From the sequence record MW822008.1: a DNA stretch of 64,000 nt; one strand, 5' to 3'. The DNA comes from Escherichia phage BF17. Below the pieces are notes generated by a model. The model was given only the letters and a program-made list of their open reading frames with translations, was not told where the DNA came from and ran no database searches. Both the position numbers and the translations under genes were made by a program. Positions 38,623 through 48,505 of the stretch are shown here, piece after piece (the first letter of the stretch is position 1; every line of letters starts with the position of its first letter).

Positions 38623-39555
38623 ATGCCAACTATCACACTAACAGTTGGATTGCCTGGGTGTGGTAAAACTACATGGGCAGTGCAAGAGATTAAAAACGCC
38701 AAATCCAAGACTATCAACATCAACCGTGATGATATTCGTGAATCTATGGCTGGGTCACATGATGCTTACAAATTCAACGATGCTAATGAGCAGTACGTAA
38801 CTAATTTACAGTTCAGTGCAGCAAATTCAGCAGCAGAGAATGGTTGGAACATCATCATATCCGATACAAACCTTAAACAACATTTCCGTAATCTCTGGAA
38901 AGTATGGGCTAAAGATAATGGTTATGATTACAAAGAAAAGAACTTCTATGATGATTTTGTACCTAATGAAGACCGTGGTGCAGATGTTCATGAATTCTTT
39001 AAGATTAAAGAGTTCGTAAAACTTTGTAAGAAATATAACCTCCAGCGTGAGCGTTCAGTACAAGATGATATCATTGACACAATGGCAGATACGTACTATT
39101 ATAGTAAGGCATTACACATTGGTTACTATGGTAATTCACGCGAAGCTGCTATCATCGTTGATATCGATGGAACTCTTGCTCATAAATGGGGTCGTAATCC
39201 TTACGATGAAAGTACTGTTCTTCAGGATACACCTGATGAAGAAGTTATTTTGTCTATTATCGCTGAAGCAGTTTTTCATAAACGCAAGATTATCGTCATG
39301 AGTGGGCGTACTGAAGGGTGTCGTGCTGATACCGAACAGTGGCTTAAGAATTGGGGTGTTCCTTACGATGCATTGTTTATGCGAGATATCGATGATAAAC
39401 GTCCTGATGATGTTGTAAAATTCGACCTGTACATGAAAAATGTGGTTGATCATTACGATGTTAAAAAGGTATATGATGACCGCGATCAAGTTGTATTCAT
39501 GTGGCGTAAGCTACTTGGGTTGAAAGTTTTCCAAGTGGCTGAAGGAAATTTCTAA
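38623..39555 (+). CDS. pseT: polynucleotide 5'-kinase / 3'-phosphatase
   Basis: Walker A GLPGCGKTT; NINRDD; phosphatase DxDGT (IVDIDGTLA); aligns along its length with T4 Pnk. Confidence 0.93.
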   Translation: MPTITLTVGLPGCGKTTWAVQEIKNAKSKTININRDDIRESMAGSHDAYKFNDANEQYVTNLQFSAANSAAENGWNIIISDTNLKQHFRNLWKVWAKDNGYDYKEKNFYDDFVPNEDRGADVHEFFKIKEFVKLCKKYNLQRERSVQDDIIDTMADTYYYSKALHIGYYGNSREAAIIVDIDGTLAHKWGRNPYDESTVLQDTPDEEVILSIIAEAVFHKRKIIVMSGRTEGCRADTEQWLKNWGVPYDALFMRDIDDKRPDDVVKFDLYMKNVVDHYDVKKVYDDRDQVVFMWRKLLGLKVFQVAEGNF

Positions 39556-39560
39556 TACAA

Positions 39561-39591
39561 AAGGGATCATATATTGGTCCCTTTTTCTTTT
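39561..39591 (+). terminator. intrinsic terminator
   Basis: aagggatca...tggtccctt hairpin followed by TTTTTCTTTT. Confidence 0.6.
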
Positions 39592-39622
39592 AAGGTACAT
39601 TATAGTGAATGTAACAACACAG

Positions 39623-39781
39623 ATGTTATTACAAAAAGACTACTTAGAAAATATAGAACGATACTATAGATTGTCTTTGTATGAAAATAAGCATAAAAAT
39701 TATAGTTTTGATAAACTACTAAATTCCAGTACTGATGATTATCTATTTTCATCAATGTTTTATGTGAGAGGTTTATTATAA
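39623..39781 (+). CDS. hypothetical small protein (52 aa)
   Basis: Untracked ORF; stop overlaps next ATG; no clear RBS. Confidence 0.25.
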   Translation: MLLQKDYLENIERYYRLSLYENKHKNYSFDKLLNSSTDDYLFSSMFYVRGLL

Positions 39782-40041
39782 TGGATAAATTTCACACAGA
39801 TATAACACAGATAGGTAATCTTATCAATAGTCTAATTACTGATTTAGAAGAAAAGTACTTAGGTCGAAATGTATACGTAGAAATGTATGAAACATATGGT
39901 GTTATTGATATGATTTATTACAGTGCATTGAAGTGTGAAATACGTTTAACAGTATGTTTGTTTGAAAAAAATACATTCAACAGAAGTACTGCAATTCGCC
40001 AAGTTGGAGTTGATGATATAGAATTATACGAGGAACAATGA
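39781..40041 (+). CDS. hypothetical small protein, family C
   Basis: DLEEKYLGRNVYVEMY core. Confidence 0.5.
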   Translation: MDKFHTDITQIGNLINSLITDLEEKYLGRNVYVEMYETYGVIDMIYYSALKCEIRLTVCLFEKNTFNRSTAIRQVGVDDIELYEEQ

Positions 40042-40292
40042 TGTTTGAGCAGGACTTAGAGATATTCAAAAGTCATATTGATTACTTGACTATATTAGAA
40101 AATGATTTAACTACAAAGTACAAAGGCATTCGTGTTCTGTGCTGGTATGATGATTGGGATTATAAACGTGAACTCACGATTGATCGAATTTATTTCAGTG
40201 ACGGTGTACTAAATGTACATGGTGTAAATGATTTTGGTCATTCATATACATATTCTAATAATGCTAAATTTAAAAGGATCTACAATGAATGA
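40038..40292 (+). CDS. hypothetical small protein, family C
   Basis: DLTTKYKGIRVLCWYDDW core; ATGA overlap. Confidence 0.5.
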   Translation: MMFEQDLEIFKSHIDYLTILENDLTTKYKGIRVLCWYDDWDYKRELTIDRIYFSDGVLNVHGVNDFGHSYTYSNNAKFKRIYNE

Positions 40293-40587
40293 ATATTATC
40301 ATAATTTATTCGATTACATAAAACTAATAGATGATCTTTCTTTTGAATTTCTCAGTACTGAAAAAGTTCTTGAACCTCTCTATTATGATTGTATTAGTTC
40401 ACTATGTTTAGATGAAAAAGAGATATTAGCAAACAACTTACCATCCACGGTCTGTACAATCAATGGTTCCAAGGCATTAGTGTGCGAGGTTAATTTTCAT
40501 AAATCACTTAATACAATTGTTTACAAGTTCGATAACACTTGGGTAAATCATGTAACCAGTAATATTAAATCTGTGAGATTTTTATGA
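40285..40587 (+). CDS. hypothetical protein
   Basis: Track ORF 40228..40587; ATG 40285 six nt after AAGGA. Confidence 0.5.
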   Translation: MNEYYHNLFDYIKLIDDLSFEFLSTEKVLEPLYYDCISSLCLDEKEILANNLPSTVCTINGSKALVCEVNFHKSLNTIVYKFDNTWVNHVTSNIKSVRFL

Positions 40588-40880
40588 ATATAAAAAAATT
40601 ATTTGAACAAGTAAATTTATTGTACTGGTGTTCAGACGGTTCAGATAAGGAATATAGTGAAGTTTATTTAGAACTGTTTAGAACTGAAATTCATCAAATT
40701 CGAAGATACCTAATTGATAACAAAACTAAAGTACAAGTAAGATACCATAACGGTACTTTAAAGAATGGTGTAATTATTGGATTGATAGTTACACGAATGT
40801 CTAATAATATTAAAGTTGCAGTTAGATTAATGACTGATGATGGTGTCTACACAATAGAAGCTAGTGAGATTATATATTAA
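40584..40880 (+). CDS. hypothetical small protein, family C
   Basis: 98 aa; ATGA overlap. Confidence 0.5.
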   Translation: MNIKKLFEQVNLLYWCSDGSDKEYSEVYLELFRTEIHQIRRYLIDNKTKVQVRYHNGTLKNGVIIGLIVTRMSNNIKVAVRLMTDDGVYTIEASEIIY

Positions 40881-41186
40881 ATGGATATACAAACATTCAA
40901 TAAACTTAAGTACTATGATGATGGTTTTGCATTAATAATTAACGAACTTGATGGAATACCATACGAATATCATAATCAAGTAATGAAGATAATAAAATGT
41001 ATATGTGAAGAATTAAAAAGTATATTTAAAAATGAATATGTTTATGATTTAGGTAATAATAGCAAAAAACTATACATAAAGAAATTCTGGGGAACGCATT
41101 GCGGTTTGATGGTCGATTTAGGTTTAAGTTTAGACGATAATTCTGAATCATGTTCATTATATATAGATGAAATGCGAATATCATGA
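40881..41186 (+). CDS. hypothetical protein
   Basis: 101 aa track ORF. Confidence 0.5.
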   Translation: MDIQTFNKLKYYDDGFALIINELDGIPYEYHNQVMKIIKCICEELKSIFKNEYVYDLGNNSKKLYIKKFWGTHCGLMVDLGLSLDDNSESCSLYIDEMRIS

Positions 41187-41226
41187 GACGTATCAGAATT
41201 CGGTGATATAATTTGATTACATCACC
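41184..41226 (+). promoter_or_regulatory. early promoter -10 embedded in inverted repeat
   Basis: TGaTATAAT (-10 at 41207-41212) between ggtgat (41202-41207) and atcacc (41221-41226). Confidence 0.4.
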
Positions 41227-41243
41227 AATAGGGAGAAGTTGAA

Positions 41244-41570
41244 GTGAATGGTTCGTTTTTAACAATATTAGAAAAGACAACCGAGATGCTTTCTAGCTCG
41301 TTAATGCAGATTTTCAGTACTAATAATTTATACAATACCCAGGTGTTAGATTCAATTAATAATAACTATGTGGTAAGTATATCTGATGAAATATGTCCAT
41401 TTAATGCGTATTCAATTTATAGTGTAGAAGAGTTTCATATATCCGAGATTCGATGTGGTTTTGGTGCTTGGTTAGTTCTAAATGAACGTTCAGGGTTGTC
41501 TTTATACATCGAAGAAGTTAGTAAATTTATATACAAAGGAGTAGAATATGTTAACCCCAATTATTCTTAG
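41244..41570 (+). CDS. hypothetical protein
   Basis: GTG start 8 nt after GGGAG. Confidence 0.45.
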   Translation: MNGSFLTILEKTTEMLSSSLMQIFSTNNLYNTQVLDSINNNYVVSISDEICPFNAYSIYSVEEFHISEIRCGFGAWLVLNERSGLSLYIEEVSKFIYKGVEYVNPNYS

Positions 41571-42201
41571 CAGTGCATATGTAATCGGTATTATTATTTC
41601 TGGTATGCTTGCATATAACTATAACCGAAGTGTTCTAGGTTATGTAGTACTTGGTACAGTACTAAGTCCAGTGATTGCCATTGGTCTTCTTGTTATGCTA
41701 GGTGAGAAAAATACAAGCTTCTTTATTACTAAAGAACTTGATAAAATCACTCCAGCACCAGAAACAGTTATTCCAGAAGTTAAAGAAGAAGTTAAAGAAG
41801 AAGTTAAAGAAGAAGTTAAAGAAGTTGAAGTTCAAATGCAAGTTAAAGTGTATAATACACTTGAAGAAACTGATCCTAAAGTTGTAGTGAATGTAGTTCC
41901 AGTCGTTGAAGATGTGAAACCAAAAGCTCCTAAAGTACAGAAAAATACTAAAACTGCAAAGAAAGCTCGTTACACTAAAGGTAAGAACAAAGGTAAATCT
42001 AAGGATGAACCACAACTAGGTGTTCATGACCATACTGCACAAATTGCAACGGCAGCGACCGCAGCAGCAATCGTAACATCACCAATCTACAACAATGATG
42101 ATTACAGTGATTATAGCCGTCACAGCAGTTCTTCCTCTGATTCTTGTTCCTATGATAGCTCTAGTTCTGATTCAAGTTCATCGTCTGGAAGTTGTGATTA
42201 A
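41548..42201 (+). CDS. membrane protein with (EVKE)x4 repeat and Ser-rich C-terminus
   Basis: Two N-terminal hydrophobic helices; EVKE repeats; C-terminal SSSSSDSCSYDSSSSDSSSSSGSCD. Confidence 0.55.
   Translation: MLTPIILSSAYVIGIIISGMLAYNYNRSVLGYVVLGTVLSPVIAIGLLVMLGEKNTSFFITKELDKITPAPETVIPEVKEEVKEEVKEEVKEVEVQMQVKVYNTLEETDPKVVVNVVPVVEDVKPKAPKVQKNTKTAKKARYTKGKNKGKSKDEPQLGVHDHTAQIATAATAAAIVTSPIYNNDDYSDYSRHSSSSSDSCSYDSSSSDSSSSSGSCD
41776..41823 (+). repeat. 12-bp tandem repeat x4 inside CDS
   Basis: gaagttaaagaa x4 in frame, encodes (EVKE)4. Confidence 0.8.
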
Positions 42202-42530
42202 TGTCAATGAAACCACTAATTCAACATAATATTTTTTATAGGTCATTATTCAAAATTCAAGATGATTTTTATCAGACGTTGAGTAATGATCTTATAGGTA
42301 AAACTGTACGATATTCGGAACAATACATCAAACGTATGACAAGTGAGTATATTGACCCTGAATACGAATACGACATTGAACACATTAATCCCAATACTAG
42401 AATGAAAATCATTGAGATATTTAAGAATGGGAGAACTATAGGTGCTGAAATTGAGTACTTGAATTGTGATTGTTACATAGATACCGAGTTAAGTTTGGAT
42501 TATCTTGTTTTAGTGGATGATGAGGAATAA
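42201..42530 (+). CDS. hypothetical small protein, family C
   Basis: LSNDLIGKTVRYSEQY core. Confidence 0.5.
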   Translation: MSMKPLIQHNIFYRSLFKIQDDFYQTLSNDLIGKTVRYSEQYIKRMTSEYIDPEYEYDIEHINPNTRMKIIEIFKNGRTIGAEIEYLNCDCYIDTELSLDYLVLVDDEE

Positions 42531-42532
42531 TT

Positions 42533-42748
42533 ATGATAACATTTTTTGCAATATATGGTTTTGTAGCATTTGTTACATTTATAACCAACTTTCTAGTACT
42601 TAATTGGGGTTGTTTTAAAGATGAAATCATGATTATCATGAATCTCCAAACAGCAGCACTGATGGCTATTATTTGGCCTGTAACATTAGTATATATTTTT
42701 ATTTCACTTACCCAAGATATTATTAACAAATATAAGAGAAAGAAATAA
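42533..42748 (+). CDS. small membrane protein
   Basis: 71 aa, two hydrophobic helices, KRKK tail. Confidence 0.5.
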   Translation: MITFFAIYGFVAFVTFITNFLVLNWGCFKDEIMIIMNLQTAALMAIIWPVTLVYIFISLTQDIINKYKRKK

Positions 42749-42999
42749 TGTTCAACACTGACTTATCACATTTGCGATATCTTATGTCTTTGGCTGATGA
42801 TTTTATAAATGATCTGAAGCCAAAATATATTGGTCAAGAAGTACGATTAATAAACTCCAGAGGGTATGGAAAGTATATTATTACTGATATGTATATTAGT
42901 GGTGGTGAATGGCGTTTTAAAATTAATACTTATCTTAAAGATGGTTCTTTTGCTGGAACACAAGTTACTAAACACACTAATATTATATGGTTGGAGTAA
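42748..42999 (+). CDS. hypothetical small protein, family C
   Basis: DLKPKYIGQEVRLINS core. Confidence 0.5.
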   Translation: MFNTDLSHLRYLMSLADDFINDLKPKYIGQEVRLINSRGYGKYIITDMYISGGEWRFKINTYLKDGSFAGTQVTKHTNIIWLE

Positions 43000-43001
43000 T
43001 A

Positions 43002-43745
43002 ATGAAACACTTCTTAGAAGTAACTGTACCTGATGATAAAGATTTATACATTGTAGGTGATTTGCATGGTAATGGTAAACTATGGGATGCTACAGTGAAA
43101 GAATTTGGTATTACACACAATGATTATGTTTTCAGTGTAGGTGATATTATCGACCGTGGAGAACAAAATTCAAAGCTCCTTTTTGAATTTTTGTTCGGAG
43201 AAAATCGTTACATGATTGCGGGTAATCATGAGATGATGTGCGTTGATTCGGAAACACTTCGAGATTGGTATCATTGTTGGATAAGTAATGGTGGTGATAA
43301 ATTCCTTGATGAAGTTGGAGGAACAGGCATTCAATTCTTTCGTCAGTACTTAAAGGATCTCCCTATGATTATCCAAATCAATCACCGAGGATTGAAGATT
43401 GGGTTAGTTCATGCTGGAGTTCCGTTGGAATATACAACATGGGAACGATTTGTTAATGGGACAAAATCACTTAGTGCTGATATAATTGATAAGTGCTTGT
43501 GGGATAGAAAAACATTCGATTATTGTAGAACTAATAATACATATTATGCACCTAAGTTAGATGGAGTGCATTGTGTCTTTAGTGGACATACAGCAGTTAC
43601 AGACCCACTCATTTACGGTAATCGCATTTGGATTGATAGTCAGTTCTTGACGGGTGACTTAACTCTCGCTACTCCACAAAGTGGTGGGATGAGATACTTA
43701 CGTAAAGAAAAAGATGAGTACTCATTCAATCGTTTCAAAAGGTAA
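43002..43745 (+). CDS. Ser/Thr protein phosphatase (PPP-family metallophosphatase)
   Basis: Track ORF 42987..43745; ATG 43002 after GGAG; motifs GDLHG, GDIIDRG, GNHE. Confidence 0.85.
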   Translation: MKHFLEVTVPDDKDLYIVGDLHGNGKLWDATVKEFGITHNDYVFSVGDIIDRGEQNSKLLFEFLFGENRYMIAGNHEMMCVDSETLRDWYHCWISNGGDKFLDEVGGTGIQFFRQYLKDLPMIIQINHRGLKIGLVHAGVPLEYTTWERFVNGTKSLSADIIDKCLWDRKTFDYCRTNNTYYAPKLDGVHCVFSGHTAVTDPLIYGNRIWIDSQFLTGDLTLATPQSGGMRYLRKEKDEYSFNRFKR

Positions 43746-43750
43746 TAATT

Positions 43751-44020
43751 ATGCATGATGTAGTTAAAAAATATTTGAATGATAGATATATTATGAAAAA
43801 ATCTATTAATTCTATCCTAAAAGACCATGCAAATCAAATACGTGAGATTCTATCAAATAAACTTATTGGTTGTTCAGTTGAGTTCAACTACAAAAAGAAT
43901 GTCGTGAAGGTTGGAGTTATTAAACGTGTAGTTGCTGTTTATGACCAAGATGTATATGTTGAAATAGAATATGATGGTAAATTATCACAATTAAGTACTG
44001 AAGATTTAACATTTTTATAA
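43751..44020 (+). CDS. hypothetical small protein, family C
   Basis: LSNKLIGCSVEFNY core. Confidence 0.5.
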   Translation: MHDVVKKYLNDRYIMKKSINSILKDHANQIREILSNKLIGCSVEFNYKKNVVKVGVIKRVVAVYDQDVYVEIEYDGKLSQLSTEDLTFL

Positions 44021-44030
44021 GGAAATAGAA

Positions 44031-44258
44031 ATGAAAGTAATTCAAGTTATGGTAGAAAAATACCAAACTGAAGATGGTCGTATTTTTGATTCAGCTAAAC
44101 AAGCTGAACACCATGAACGTATTATTTCTGGTGCACGTAAAGTATGTCCTACATGTAATGGAACACAACAAGTACCGTCAGAAGATTACCGCAGCTTTTA
44201 TGCTTGTCCACACTGTGATGGGAAAGGCTACGTAGAAAAACAAGAGGTATGGAAATGA
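44031..44258 (+). CDS. zinc-ribbon small protein
   Basis: CPTCNG ... CPHCDG. Confidence 0.5.
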   Translation: MKVIQVMVEKYQTEDGRIFDSAKQAEHHERIISGARKVCPTCNGTQQVPSEDYRSFYACPHCDGKGYVEKQEVWK

Positions 44259-44668
44259 AATTGTATTGCTTAACTAATATGTACTGCCAAGGTGTCCAAG
44301 CTGGTATTCAAGCATTCCATGCTGGTGTTAAACTAATTAAAGAATATGAAGGTACTGCTTTCAGTACTATTATTGATGAATGGTACTATGAACACGAAAC
44401 TATTGTAGTACTAAATGCTGGTGGACATGATAAGTTAAATTCTTATTATAACAACCTTAGCAAACAGGGAAAAGTTCCGTTTGCCAAATTCAATGAAGCT
44501 GGATTGAATGATGCTATTACCTGTGTAGCAGTACTGTGTACGTCTGAAATGATTGAAGACATGGCTGTTATGCGTATGAATCTTCCTGCTGGTGATCAAC
44601 TAATGCAAGTAAAATATGGTGCATTGTTTGACACATTAAAAGCAATCAGCACAATGAGGACAATTTGA
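44249..44668 (+). CDS. hypothetical protein
   Basis: 139 aa track ORF. Confidence 0.5.
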   Translation: MEMKLYCLTNMYCQGVQAGIQAFHAGVKLIKEYEGTAFSTIIDEWYYEHETIVVLNAGGHDKLNSYYNNLSKQGKVPFAKFNEAGLNDAITCVAVLCTSEMIEDMAVMRMNLPAGDQLMQVKYGALFDTLKAISTMRTI

Positions 44669-45867
44669 TGGATTTTCCAGAGAAGTTATTTGTTGCACGT
44701 TCCTATGTAAACCACAACCAAGTTGATGGTTTTATTATCGATGCAACAAAATCACATACAAAAGCGTTTGAAACAAAGAAAGAGAGAGCAGAGTACTGGG
44801 CAAAGAAGAACAATCTTCCATCGTTATATATTGACAACGTTCCAACTACGGGATTTTGTGTAGTTGATAAATTAACAACTCATGCACGAGAAACATATTT
44901 CACGATCCGTCACCCAGAAGGATTTGAATTTATGATTAGTGCAAAAAACATGAATGATTTAATTATCAATAACGATATAATCAAAGGTGTTTTTGTAGAC
45001 CCAATGTTTTTCAACAATAACTTAGAATTAATTAATGGTAAAACAAAAACGTTTGCTAAGTTAGTTGAAAAAGAAAATAAAAAAGAACAACAAAAAGAAA
45101 CTGTAGCAGGTCTTAAAGTTGGTGATGGTTTCACTTATCTTAAAGAAGATTACTATTACTGCGGTAAAGTACATGCAATTTGTATAAAGAAAACTAAAGA
45201 ATTTGCATATCCCGACAAAAGTTCAGTTTATCATTTACTTTTTAACAGTACTCGTGGAACTTATGCATTGAATCAACGTTTGGATAATTACAATCTTGAA
45301 CCTCGTGCACTCTTGAATAAGAAGACTACGGCAGATGAAGAAATTAAACTTGCTAATGAATTTTGGCAAAGCTATAGAACAAACAGACATAACCCATTAG
45401 GTGAATCTAACATTCCAGTACTGGTACACAATAAATCATTTAAAGCAAAAGACCTTAAAATTAAATACGAAGAAATAAATGTTGATGATCTTATGAATAA
45501 TGGACGTTTCAACGAGAACGTACCATTTATGACTAAAGATAATGAACAAACATATCGCGTATTTTTTGGTGTAAGTAATAATACAACGCGTAGTTATTAT
45601 GGGCGTAGTGGAGATTATAATATCCATTATAATGATAAATTTGAACGCTTTAGTGCATATCCAGTTCAAATTGATGATAATGGGATTATGGTAATGGATG
45701 TTGATATTAATGAACACTCATCATTTAGTACATGGAATGGCTATCGTTCCCCATTCTTCCCACCAAATGAACGCAAAACATCAAGCACTCGTTACTACCA
45801 AGACAAACCATGTCACGTTCAACTATCAATTAGTAATCCACTTTATATTGGAAAGTATTATCTATAA
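44665..45867 (+). CDS. hypothetical protein (400 aa)
   Basis: Long ORF directly upstream of DNA ligase; no motif recognised. Confidence 0.6.
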   Translation: MMDFPEKLFVARSYVNHNQVDGFIIDATKSHTKAFETKKERAEYWAKKNNLPSLYIDNVPTTGFCVVDKLTTHARETYFTIRHPEGFEFMISAKNMNDLIINNDIIKGVFVDPMFFNNNLELINGKTKTFAKLVEKENKKEQQKETVAGLKVGDGFTYLKEDYYYCGKVHAICIKKTKEFAYPDKSSVYHLLFNSTRGTYALNQRLDNYNLEPRALLNKKTTADEEIKLANEFWQSYRTNRHNPLGESNIPVLVHNKSFKAKDLKIKYEEINVDDLMNNGRFNENVPFMTKDNEQTYRVFFGVSNNTTRSYYGRSGDYNIHYNDKFERFSAYPVQIDDNGIMVMDVDINEHSSFSTWNGYRSPFFPPNERKTSSTRYYQDKPCHVQLSISNPLYIGKYYL

Positions 45868-45878
45868 AGGAATATACA

Positions 45879-47297
45879 ATGAGCATTTTAGCAATTCTTG
45901 AAAGCATTAAAAATACTAGCAGTACTCTGGGCAAAAAGGCTATTCTTGAACAAAATAAAGATAATGTAACTTTACAAAAAGTACTGAAATATACTCTAGA
46001 CCCTTCTATCGTTAGTGGCTATAAGAAGCTCCCTGCCGCTGATGACGTATATCAACATATGACGTTAGATGAAGCAATTGATAAGCTAGAATGCATTTAC
46101 AAGCGTGATGTGACAGGAAATGCGGGGCGTGATTTCATTGCTTCAGTACTGGGTTCTGTATCTGAAGATGATCAGGAAGTTCTACGTAGAATGCTCACTA
46201 AGAACCTTGATTGTGGTATTCAGGAGAAGAACTGCAATGATGTGTTTGGTAAAGGATTCATCAAAGACGAACCATATATGCGTTGTTCTTTGATTGACAA
46301 AAAGACTGCAAAGAACATCAACTTCAAAGATTATGGTTACGCTATATCAGAAGTGAAAATGGATGGTCAGTACTTAAACCACGTTGTCATTAATGGTTCA
46401 TTAACTTCTACATCCCGTAATGGTAAACTATACGACTTCCTGGGTTGTCGTGATGGTGAGATGGCAGGTCTTGCTCACATCATCCAAAGTAAAGATGAAC
46501 GTTTTAGTAGTGGTGTAGTCTTTATGGGGGAAGGTGTAGTACTGGACAATGATGGAGAAACCATTCTCCCACGCACTACTGGCAACGGTATAATTCAGAA
46601 AGCTGGTAAAGATAGCATCAGTCAGAATGAAGCAATGCGTACTGTATTCGTTCTATGGGATGTTGTTCCATATGATGCATTTTGTGAAGGTGTATGGGAT
46701 GTAAAACGTAAAGAACGTCGCGAGATCTTAGTAGATGCAATTAACGAACTCAATAGTGATTTTGTTCGTATGGTTGGATTCCGTAAAGTTCTAAACATCA
46801 AAGAAGCATTTGAGTACAATAGTGAACTAATGAACGAAGGTGAAGAGGGTTCAGTACTGAAATGTGAAGATGGTATCTGGAAATCTCATACTTCACCTAA
46901 GCAGTTGAAAATGAAATTGAAAATGCAACTGGACTTACGTATTGTTGGTTTCAATGAAGGTGAAGGTAAACGTAAAGGAAGCCTAGGTTCTTTACAACTG
47001 GAAAGTGCTTGTGGTTCATTGAAAGTTAATGTGGGTACTGGTATCAAAGAGAAAGATGCTGAATGGACATTTAAAACCATTTGGGAAAGAATGCAAGAAC
47101 TTATTGGTAAAGTGGTTACAGTTGAGTGTAATGACATTGTATTCGACAAGCGTACTGGTGAGCCATCACTGTTCTTACCAGTGTTTATTGAATTTAGATT
47201 TGACAAAAACACTTGTGATGATTATACTCGTATCTTAGAAATTCGTGAGAGTGCTGTTGAAGTGTTCTCAAACAGTATTATTGACGCATTAGGTTAA
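45879..47297 (+). CDS. ATP-dependent DNA ligase (T4 gp30-like)
   Basis: Aligns with T4 DNA ligase: KKAILEQNKDN N-terminus, adenylation Lys in KMDG, C-terminal LFLPVFIEFRFDK. Confidence 0.95.
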   Translation: MSILAILESIKNTSSTLGKKAILEQNKDNVTLQKVLKYTLDPSIVSGYKKLPAADDVYQHMTLDEAIDKLECIYKRDVTGNAGRDFIASVLGSVSEDDQEVLRRMLTKNLDCGIQEKNCNDVFGKGFIKDEPYMRCSLIDKKTAKNINFKDYGYAISEVKMDGQYLNHVVINGSLTSTSRNGKLYDFLGCRDGEMAGLAHIIQSKDERFSSGVVFMGEGVVLDNDGETILPRTTGNGIIQKAGKDSISQNEAMRTVFVLWDVVPYDAFCEGVWDVKRKERREILVDAINELNSDFVRMVGFRKVLNIKEAFEYNSELMNEGEEGSVLKCEDGIWKSHTSPKQLKMKLKMQLDLRIVGFNEGEGKRKGSLGSLQLESACGSLKVNVGTGIKEKDAEWTFKTIWERMQELIGKVVTVECNDIVFDKRTGEPSLFLPVFIEFRFDKNTCDDYTRILEIRESAVEVFSNSIIDALG

Positions 47298-47316
47298 CCA
47301 TTTATTGGAGGTGATT

Positions 47317-48108
47317 ATGAAATTTGTTGTAACATCTGATGTACACGGTGGGACTGATTACCTCCATAGTGGTGATTACAGTGATACAGTACTGATTATT
47401 GCTGGGGACTTCGATGAAGTTAAACGCAGTCGTTACCGTACTGGTATAGAATCACTATGTAAGCAGTTTAAGAATGTAGTACTGGTTCCAGGCAATCATG
47501 AATATTATGGTTCCAATATCCACAAAACGCATAAAGTACTGTCCGATATGCAAGATGAGATTCCAAATTTCATCTTTTTGCAAAACAAATTTGTATGGCT
47601 GGACGGAGTACTGCTTGTTGGTAGTACTCTGTGGACAGACTTCGATAAAGGTAATTCTTTGACGAAGTTTGATGCTCGTCTGAAGATGAACGATTACAAA
47701 CATATCCGTCATGGAACAACATCAGAGCCTTGGCGTAAGAAACTGACACCAGATGATACTGAGTTTATGCATCACAAAGATAAACAATTTATCAAAAATT
47801 CTATTGACACAGTTCGCTTTATGCATGATAATGATTTCAAGGTCATCGTGGTTACCCATCACGCACCAAGTTATCAAAGTGTTTCACCAAAATATAAAAA
47901 TGATTCACTGAATGGTTGTTACTGTTCCGATATGGATCAGTACATTGAAGATTTGGGTGCTGATGTTTGGATTCATGGTCATGTTCATAGTAGTTTTGAC
48001 TACCACATTGGTAAGACACGTATCATTTGTAATCCACGAGGCTATGAATCATACAGTGGAGCTTGTGAGAATTTTGATTACAATCCTAAATTTGTATTTG
48101 AAATTTAA
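47317..48108 (+). CDS. calcineurin-like metallophosphoesterase
   Basis: Track ORF 47305..48108; ATG 47317 after GGAGG; motifs DVHGG, GDFDE, GNHEY, GHVH. Confidence 0.8.
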   Translation: MKFVVTSDVHGGTDYLHSGDYSDTVLIIAGDFDEVKRSRYRTGIESLCKQFKNVVLVPGNHEYYGSNIHKTHKVLSDMQDEIPNFIFLQNKFVWLDGVLLVGSTLWTDFDKGNSLTKFDARLKMNDYKHIRHGTTSEPWRKKLTPDDTEFMHHKDKQFIKNSIDTVRFMHDNDFKVIVVTHHAPSYQSVSPKYKNDSLNGCYCSDMDQYIEDLGADVWIHGHVHSSFDYHIGKTRIICNPRGYESYSGACENFDYNPKFVFEI

Positions 48109-48120
48109 TGAGAGGATATT

Positions 48121-48504
48121 GTGTCATTAATTTATTTTGAACTGCCAGAATATACCAATTATCCAAGCCGAGTTATTTGCTCAGTTTATAGTAATGCATA
48201 TCATCACTTGTTAGTGAATAGTAATAAAGCTGTGCATTATTATCGAAATAAAGAACCACGTACATTAAAGAATCGTTATGGGTTTGACCCAACTAACACT
48301 GAAGTTGAACTCTGTGATCTGTTCGGGGAAGTAATGGTGGTATTGAAACGAGATATTCATCTTTTCCATACATACAAACTTAATCAGTACTTTATGGAAA
48401 CACTGTCTATACGTTCCCATGCTCCGATGATTAAAGTTGATTTGAATTATGTTGATGATAAATTGAAATATGATTTCATTAATTCACTTGTTTATTTGGA
48501 GTAA
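48121..48504 (+). CDS. hypothetical protein
   Basis: GTG start after GAGAGGA. Confidence 0.5.
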   Translation: MSLIYFELPEYTNYPSRVICSVYSNAYHHLLVNSNKAVHYYRNKEPRTLKNRYGFDPTNTEVELCDLFGEVMVVLKRDIHLFHTYKLNQYFMETLSIRSHAPMIKVDLNYVDDKLKYDFINSLVYLE

Positions 48505-48505
48505 T

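Noticed and set aside
41698-42015. Minus-strand 105-aa ORF rich in FNFFF repeats
   Set aside because: Antisense reading of the EVKE 12-bp tandem repeat; artefact.
44249-44668. Pth2-like peptidyl-tRNA hydrolase assignment
   Set aside because: Only a faint resemblance (GVQAGIQAFHAG versus GK.AAQ..HAA); not enough to call without a profile search.
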